Below, piece by piece: positions 43,091 to 47,674 of a stretch of 47,674 nt of DNA. A program made the position numbers and the translations under genes. The notes beneath the pieces were generated by a model, which saw nothing but the letters and a program-made list of their open reading frames with translations, was not told the DNA's origin and did not search any database. The stretch is from Acidobacteriota bacterium (GTDB taxonomy: Bacteria > Acidobacteriota > UBA6911 > RPQK01 > JAJDTT01). The stretch is from contig JAKZYH010000040.1 in NCBI GenBank assembly GCA_047514575.1, forward strand, positions 1 through 47,674. Direction: 5' to 3'. Positions within the stretch are counted from its first letter, which is position 1. Every line of letters starts with the position of its first letter.

Positions 43091-45297
43091 CCCTCTCGTT
43101 GTCCCGTGGCCGCGATGGTCGAACGGCCCTCTTTCGGGTCGCCCGCGACCTCGATGACTTGTCCCGTCGAAGCCTCCAGAACCCGAGGCTTGCCAGACTC
43201 GATTTTCGACATTCGAATGAAGACCTCCTGGGCCGCCAGAGGAACCTCCCCGCTGGCCGGGGAGCGGCGCTCGTAGGTACCATCGGTCAGACAATCCCAG
43301 GCCGAACAGTTGTCCTCAACATAGACATCCAGAAGCTCGCGCAGCTCCATCTTGACTTGCTCATCGAGGATCGGGAGCACCGTCTCCACTCGGCTGTTCA
43401 GGTTACGCTTCATCCAGTCCGCCGAACCGATGTAGTAGTCGGGATCACCACCATTTCTGAAAGCGTAGATACGGCTGTGTTCGAGGAAGCGACCGACGAC
43501 GCCATAGACTCTAATGTTCTCCGAGAGTCCGGCAACGCCAGGCCGTAGACAGCAGAGACCGCGGACATTCAGTCGAATCGGTACGCCCGCCCGGCCTGCG
43601 CGATACAGCTCCCGGATCACATTAGGGTCCTGAAGTTGGTTCAGCTTTGCCTCGATGCCGCAGATCCGCCCGTTTCGTGCGTGCTCAGCCTCCCGACGAA
43701 TCAAGCTGTTGAGTTGGCGCCGCATGGTCACCGGAGCCACCAGAATCCGGCGTTGATCGCCAGTGAGCCTCCCGCCAGTGAGGGCGTTGAAGATCGACGC
43801 TACGTCCGCACAAACGTCGTCATCGCTGGTTAGAACGCCGACATCCTCATAGAACCGGGCCGTCCCGGTGTGATAGTTTCCGGTCCCGAGGTGGGAATAT
43901 CGGCGCACCTGACCGCCCTCTTCCCGCACCACCAGCGCCAGCTTGACGTGCGTCTTCAGCCGCTCAACTCCGTAAGCTACATGGACACCCTCCCTCTCCA
44001 GATACCTTCCCCAGGCGATGTTGGGCGCCTCGTCGAAGCGAGCCGTCACTTCTACCAGCACGGCTACCTGTTTCCCAAGTCGCGAAGCTTCCGCCAGCGC
44101 TTTGACGATCGGCGAATCGGCACTGGTGCGGTAGATCGTCAGTTTTATCGCTAGCACCGCGGGGTCCAGGACTGCGGACTCAATGAAGCTCAACACCGAA
44201 GAATCGAAACTGTGATAGGGGTGGTGAAGCAGAATATCGCCACCATCAATCTCCCGGAAGATAGCTCCTGGCTGCTTCGGGAGCCTACTCAATCGAGGGT
44301 GATCGACTGGCGTGTATGGCAGGTAGCACAGGTCCGGCCGGTCGCCGGAATCGAGTTGCGACAGGTCTTTTAGCCCCAGTATATAGGGCGTCCGGTAGAC
44401 GTCGAGGTCGTTCGCACCGAGCTGCTTGGTCAGCCAATTGGAGAGTTTCTTCGGAAAACTGGAGTCAACCTGAAGACGCACCACACCTGCGAATCGTCGT
44501 GCCTTGAGCTCTCGACCTACCTGGCGGATGATGCTGCCAGGCTCCTCCGTCGCACTCTCCTGCAGGTCACTACCCGGATCCGGCGCACCTTCGGCGCCGC
44601 GCGTGACCCGAAAGACAAATACCTTGCGAGGAGGAGCTGCGGGGTAGAGAAGGTCCAGGTTTTCCGCGATCACCTGCTCCAGGGGTACGAAGCCCTTTCC
44701 CTTGGGGACTGGAACCCAGCGCGGCCTGTTGTCCGGGACCTTGATCCTGATAAAGCGCTGTCGTTTGTCTTTCGTAGGCAGCAAGACGGCCAGGTTCAGG
44801 CCAAAGTTGCTAATAAAAGGAAACGGATGCTCGGGGTCCACTGCGAGGGGGGTCAAGATCGGTAGGACCGCGTCCCGAAAGTAGCTTCGGAGGGCAGCGC
44901 GCTGAGCCTTTTTCAGCCGCTTGTACTCCGCTATCGGAATGCCCTCACTGGCCAGAGCAGGGGCGATACCCTCCTCCAGATACCGGCAGATCAAGTCCAT
45001 CTGACCCAGTACCTCTTGCCGGCAGACTTCGAACTCCTGTTGCGGAGTCCGGCCATCCAAGGACAACTTGCTCGAGTTTTCAGAGATTTGGTGCTTGAGC
45101 CCGCTCATGCGCTTCATGAAGAACTCGTCGTGCAGCATCCCGACGATACCCAGAAACCGGACCTGTTCCAGCAAGGGGACCTGTGGATCCACAACCTGCG
45201 CCAGTACCCGCCGAGCAAAGGCTAGCCAACTCAGTTCACGGTTGAAGTAGGCCTCCGGACTGTCCAGGGGCACTTGGGATGGAAGAGTCTTTGCCAC
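43087..45297 (-). CDS. ppk: polyphosphate kinase 1
   Basis: 736 aa. The N-terminus contains YFNRELSWLAFARRVL. There are two PLD-like domains and C-terminal SADWM.RNL..RVE. The start is GTG with an upstream GAGAGG. Confidence 0.95.
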   Translation of the reverse strand: MAKTLPSQVPLDSPEAYFNRELSWLAFARRVLAQVVDPQVPLLEQVRFLGIVGMLHDEFFMKRMSGLKHQISENSSKLSLDGRTPQQEFEVCRQEVLGQMDLICRYLEEGIAPALASEGIPIAEYKRLKKAQRAALRSYFRDAVLPILTPLAVDPEHPFPFISNFGLNLAVLLPTKDKRQRFIRIKVPDNRPRWVPVPKGKGFVPLEQVIAENLDLLYPAAPPRKVFVFRVTRGAEGAPDPGSDLQESATEEPGSIIRQVGRELKARRFAGVVRLQVDSSFPKKLSNWLTKQLGANDLDVYRTPYILGLKDLSQLDSGDRPDLCYLPYTPVDHPRLSRLPKQPGAIFREIDGGDILLHHPYHSFDSSVLSFIESAVLDPAVLAIKLTIYRTSADSPIVKALAEASRLGKQVAVLVEVTARFDEAPNIAWGRYLEREGVHVAYGVERLKTHVKLALVVREEGGQVRRYSHLGTGNYHTGTARFYEDVGVLTSDDDVCADVASIFNALTGGRLTGDQRRILVAPVTMRRQLNSLIRREAEHARNGRICGIEAKLNQLQDPNVIRELYRAGRAGVPIRLNVRGLCCLRPGVAGLSENIRVYGVVGRFLEHSRIYAFRNGGDPDYYIGSADWMKRNLNSRVETVLPILDEQVKMELRELLDVYVEDNCSAWDCLTDGTYERRSPASGEVPLAAQEVFIRMSKIESGKPRVLEASTGQVIEVAGDPKEGRSTIAATGQREG

Positions 45298-45370
45298 GGA
45301 AGCCTCTCGTCTTAAGTCGAATTGAGATATTAGACCACAGAGGCCAAGAACCCTTCAATTCTTCCCGGTC

Positions 45371-45400
45371 TTGACAGGAAACTAGACCAGAAGAGATAGT
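45371..45400 (+). promoter_or_regulatory. candidate sigma70-type promoter for ppx (TTGACA-N18-GATAGT)
   Basis: TTGACA lies at 45371-45376 and GATAGT at 45395-45400. The hexamer ends 7 nt before the ppx ATG (45408). Confidence 0.3.
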
Positions 45401-45407
45401 CAACAGG

Positions 45408-46922
45408 ATGTCAGCTCTGCCCAAGGTCCCCTCGCCACTACCCAGCTTTGTAGCAGCGGTAGACCTCGGCTCCAACAGCTTCCACATGGTGGTGGCGCGA
45501 ACCGAAGACGGGGTACCAGTCGTGGTCGACCGTCTACGCGAGATGGTTCGACTCGCCGCCGGTCTGGATGCCGACAGACAGCTCTCGACCGAATCTCAGC
45601 GCCGGGCGCTAGACTGCCTTCAGCGTTTCGGAGAGCGCCTACGGGACATTCCTTCTGACTGCGTGCGCAGCGTGGGAACCAACACCCTGCGCTCGGCACA
45701 CGGTGCCCAGGAATTTCTGGCTAAGGCCGAGGCTGCTTTGGGTCACCCGATCGAGACGATTTCGGGTATCGAGGAGGCTCGCCTGATCTATTCTGGAGTG
45801 AGCCACAGTCTTGCCCGCTCTGACTCTCGCCGGCTGGTTCTCGACATCGGAGGCGGCAGCACAGAGCTGATTATCGGGTCGAGCACCGAGCCGATCCTCA
45901 TGGAGAGCCTCTATCTGGGATGTGTGTCGGCAAGCCGGCAGCACTTCGGTGATGGTGAGATTACAGCTCAACGCTGGCGAAAGGCAGAGTTGACTGCCCT
46001 TCAGGAACTGGAGCCGGTGCAGTCCCGTTATCGCCGCCTGGGCTGGGGACAGGCAGTCGGAGCATCTGGCACCGTTCGCTCCATCGACAGGGTAGTCCGA
46101 CTGGCTGGCTGGAGTCGAAAAGGGATCACGCCCCGAGCCTTGGAGCGTCTGCGCGACGCGCTGCTCAAGGCGGGAGACATCAAGCGACTCGACCTCGAGG
46201 GGCTGGACCCGGATCGCCGGGCGGTCTTCCCTGGGGGCGTTGCCCTACTCCATGCCACTTTCCAGGCACTCGGAATCGAGTCCATGCAGTACTCGCAGGG
46301 CGCCCTCCGCGAAGGCATTCTCTACGACCTCCTGGGAAGGATCCGGGAGGAAGACCTGCGCACGCGAACCGTCAAGGGCCTTGCCAACCGCTACCATGTC
46401 GATCAGGAACATGCCTCTAACGTGGAACGGACTGCCTCCCGTCTTCTGCTCGAGGTGGCCGATGCCTGGTCCTTGGGCTCTGCGGCTTCCCGCCAATTGC
46501 TTAGCTGGGCGGCACACCTCCACGAGATCGGCCTCGACATAGCCCACCAGCAGTATCACAAGCACGGCCAGTACATCGTAGCCGCCTCCGACCTGGCTGG
46601 CTTCTCCCGAGAAGAGCAGACGCTGCTCGCCATGCTGGTTCGAAGCCACCGGCGCAAGTTCCCAGCCTCAATTCTCAAAGAGCTTCCCAACTCCCAAATC
46701 CGAATGATGGGACGCCTGGCAATCCTACTCCGCCTGGCCGTGGTGCTCCATCGCAGCCGCAGACCCCCGCCGTTTCCCGAGCCCTGGCTCACAGTCGCCA
46801 AAAGATCGTTGAAGCTAACCTTCCCCGAACGCTGGTTGGACGAACACCCACTGACCCGAGCCGATCTGGAACAGGAGGGAGCTCATCTGGGAACGGCGGG
46901 CTACAAGCTCGAGCTAAGGTAA
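45408..46922 (+). CDS. ppx: exopolyphosphatase / guanosine pentaphosphate phosphohydrolase (Ppx/GppA) with C-terminal HD domain
   Basis: Motifs are AAVDLGSNSFHMVVA, DIGGGSTEL and the HD region HLHEIGL.I....YHKHG.Y. Confidence 0.9.
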   Translation: MSALPKVPSPLPSFVAAVDLGSNSFHMVVARTEDGVPVVVDRLREMVRLAAGLDADRQLSTESQRRALDCLQRFGERLRDIPSDCVRSVGTNTLRSAHGAQEFLAKAEAALGHPIETISGIEEARLIYSGVSHSLARSDSRRLVLDIGGGSTELIIGSSTEPILMESLYLGCVSASRQHFGDGEITAQRWRKAELTALQELEPVQSRYRRLGWGQAVGASGTVRSIDRVVRLAGWSRKGITPRALERLRDALLKAGDIKRLDLEGLDPDRRAVFPGGVALLHATFQALGIESMQYSQGALREGILYDLLGRIREEDLRTRTVKGLANRYHVDQEHASNVERTASRLLLEVADAWSLGSAASRQLLSWAAHLHEIGLDIAHQQYHKHGQYIVAASDLAGFSREEQTLLAMLVRSHRRKFPASILKELPNSQIRMMGRLAILLRLAVVLHRSRRPPPFPEPWLTVAKRSLKLTFPERWLDEHPLTRADLEQEGAHLGTAGYKLELR

Positions 46923-47446
46923 TCCTATTATCTCGTGTCTGGTTGAAGACGTCTGAACGTCAGTCGGGGACGATCTCGATTGATGTAAAGGAAAAGCAGT
47001 AGAACGAAGCCAAGTCCGGCAGCGCCGCGAACGTCTTGGCCCGTTAGCAGGATGGCGACAAGTGCCGAGGAGAGAGTCGGACAACAGCATGATTCCTCGG
47101 GTCCCCGTGGACGCATCCCCTTCAGGAATGACATCCAGAGGCGGCCGGTGGGGGCGCAAAGCTGAAACTTCATTGCTGCTCCCGCCTTCGGAGTTCGCAG
47201 GTTCAGCGTTGGACGGTTCGTGATTCGGCCTTTCTCCTTGCTCCGGAAAAGGCAACCGATAAATGCTGAACCGCAGAATATCGAACAAGTGAATTTCGAA
47301 GGACTGCGATCGTTGCCATCTGTTGGTGCCAAAGTTTCATTCTCGAGTGGGGCCAGCTCCGCTGGGCTCCACTACGAAGGTTTGGTTGGAGTTCTTCGTG
47401 ACTATTGAGTCAAGTTTGGAACGTAAGACACAAGAACCCTTACCCC

Positions 47447-47551
47447 ACACCTACGCCGAAGGTGTTACTGCGGGTAGCCCAGGGTTGCAATGCGAAGCGA
47501 GCTACCCTGGGTTCAAAGTCGTTCAAAACAAATACGCTACCCCAAAGGGGT
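47447..47551. repeat. second cluster of stem-loops in non-coding DNA at the window end
   Basis: Three hairpins were read directly: 47447-47465 acacct-acgccga-aggtgt; 47476-47513 agcccagggt-(18 nt)-accctgggtt (10 bp, one G.U); 47539-47551 acccc-aaa-ggggt. Confidence 0.4.
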
Positions 47552-47674
47552 TATTGCCGACCGGAAACGAATTGCAACAACGCTTGCAGCGGGGAACCTG
47601 GAAATGGTTCTCCTTCAAGAGGGTGGGAAGCCCTCCGGGTCAAGGCCCTAGTCAGGCCGCCCGTATCTGGACCT

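Noticed and set aside
46928-47332. 134-aa minus-strand ORF (and the overlapping 124-aa ORF 46914-47288) downstream of ppx. It has two hydrophobic stretches and a CCCP motif.
   Set aside because: Two competing frames, no clear start or SD, and a basic, low-complexity N-terminal half. I cannot support either as a gene. The region 46923-47674 is best treated as unannotated.
1-47674. Search for CRISPR arrays, rRNA/tRNA genes, prophage or integrase genes, toxin-antitoxin pairs, restriction-modification or other defence systems.
   Set aside because: I found no regularly spaced direct repeats, and no nuclease, helicase, methylase, integrase or small paired ORFs. The only mobile-element hint is the decayed remnant at 32926-33156.

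Overview
This is a 47.7-kb bacterial window that is compact, with many 4-14 nt gene overlaps. GC looks moderately high, but I did not compute it. The gene content (Tat-exported GH109-like oxidoreductase, sulfatase, secreted PTE-family hydrolase, a roughly 1000-aa multi-SLBB Wza-like exporter, GC-rich hairpin clusters between genes) resembles Planctomycetota/PVC-type genomes, though taxonomy cannot be verified here. The window has three blocks. (i) 1-7.2 kb holds a heme-c/P460-like cytochrome (5' partial), a sulfite-oxidase-fold Mo enzyme and an FNR-like reductase, followed by a sulfatase, a PTE-like hydrolase, a membrane protein and a GH109-like enzyme. (ii) About 7.2-42 kb is a large Wzy-type surface-polysaccharide locus. 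It encodes a Wza-like exporter, a Wzz-like co-polymerase, an O-antigen-ligase/polymerase-like protein and five glycosyltransferases. It also encodes NeuB/NeuC nonulosonic-acid genes, a DegT aminotransferase, a sugar dehydrogenase + Gfo/Idh/MocA oxidoreductase + SDR set, and a NUDIX hydrolase. Candidate decorating enzymes are two methyltransferases, a carbamoyltransferase, an MBOAT with an SGNH-like partner, and a formyltransferase-like protein. WecB and a heparinase II/III-like protein complete the locus. The locus is interrupted by hemY and by an ~850-bp non-coding scar carrying a decayed gene remnant. (iii) 42-47 kb holds ppk1 translationally coupled to a metallophosphoesterase, divergent from ppx. 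I found no rRNA, tRNA, CRISPR array, prophage or recognisable defence/TA system. The most concrete unusual observations are two glycan-locus genes broken exactly at homopolymer tracts (A8 at 28286-28293 and G6 at 35818-35823). Others are neuB/neuC without a cytidylyltransferase in the window, the mobile-element-like scar, hairpin clusters, and promoter geometry that suggests leaderless transcripts. I did not find a convincing wholly new system; the functional ideas below are hypotheses that need database searches and experiments.
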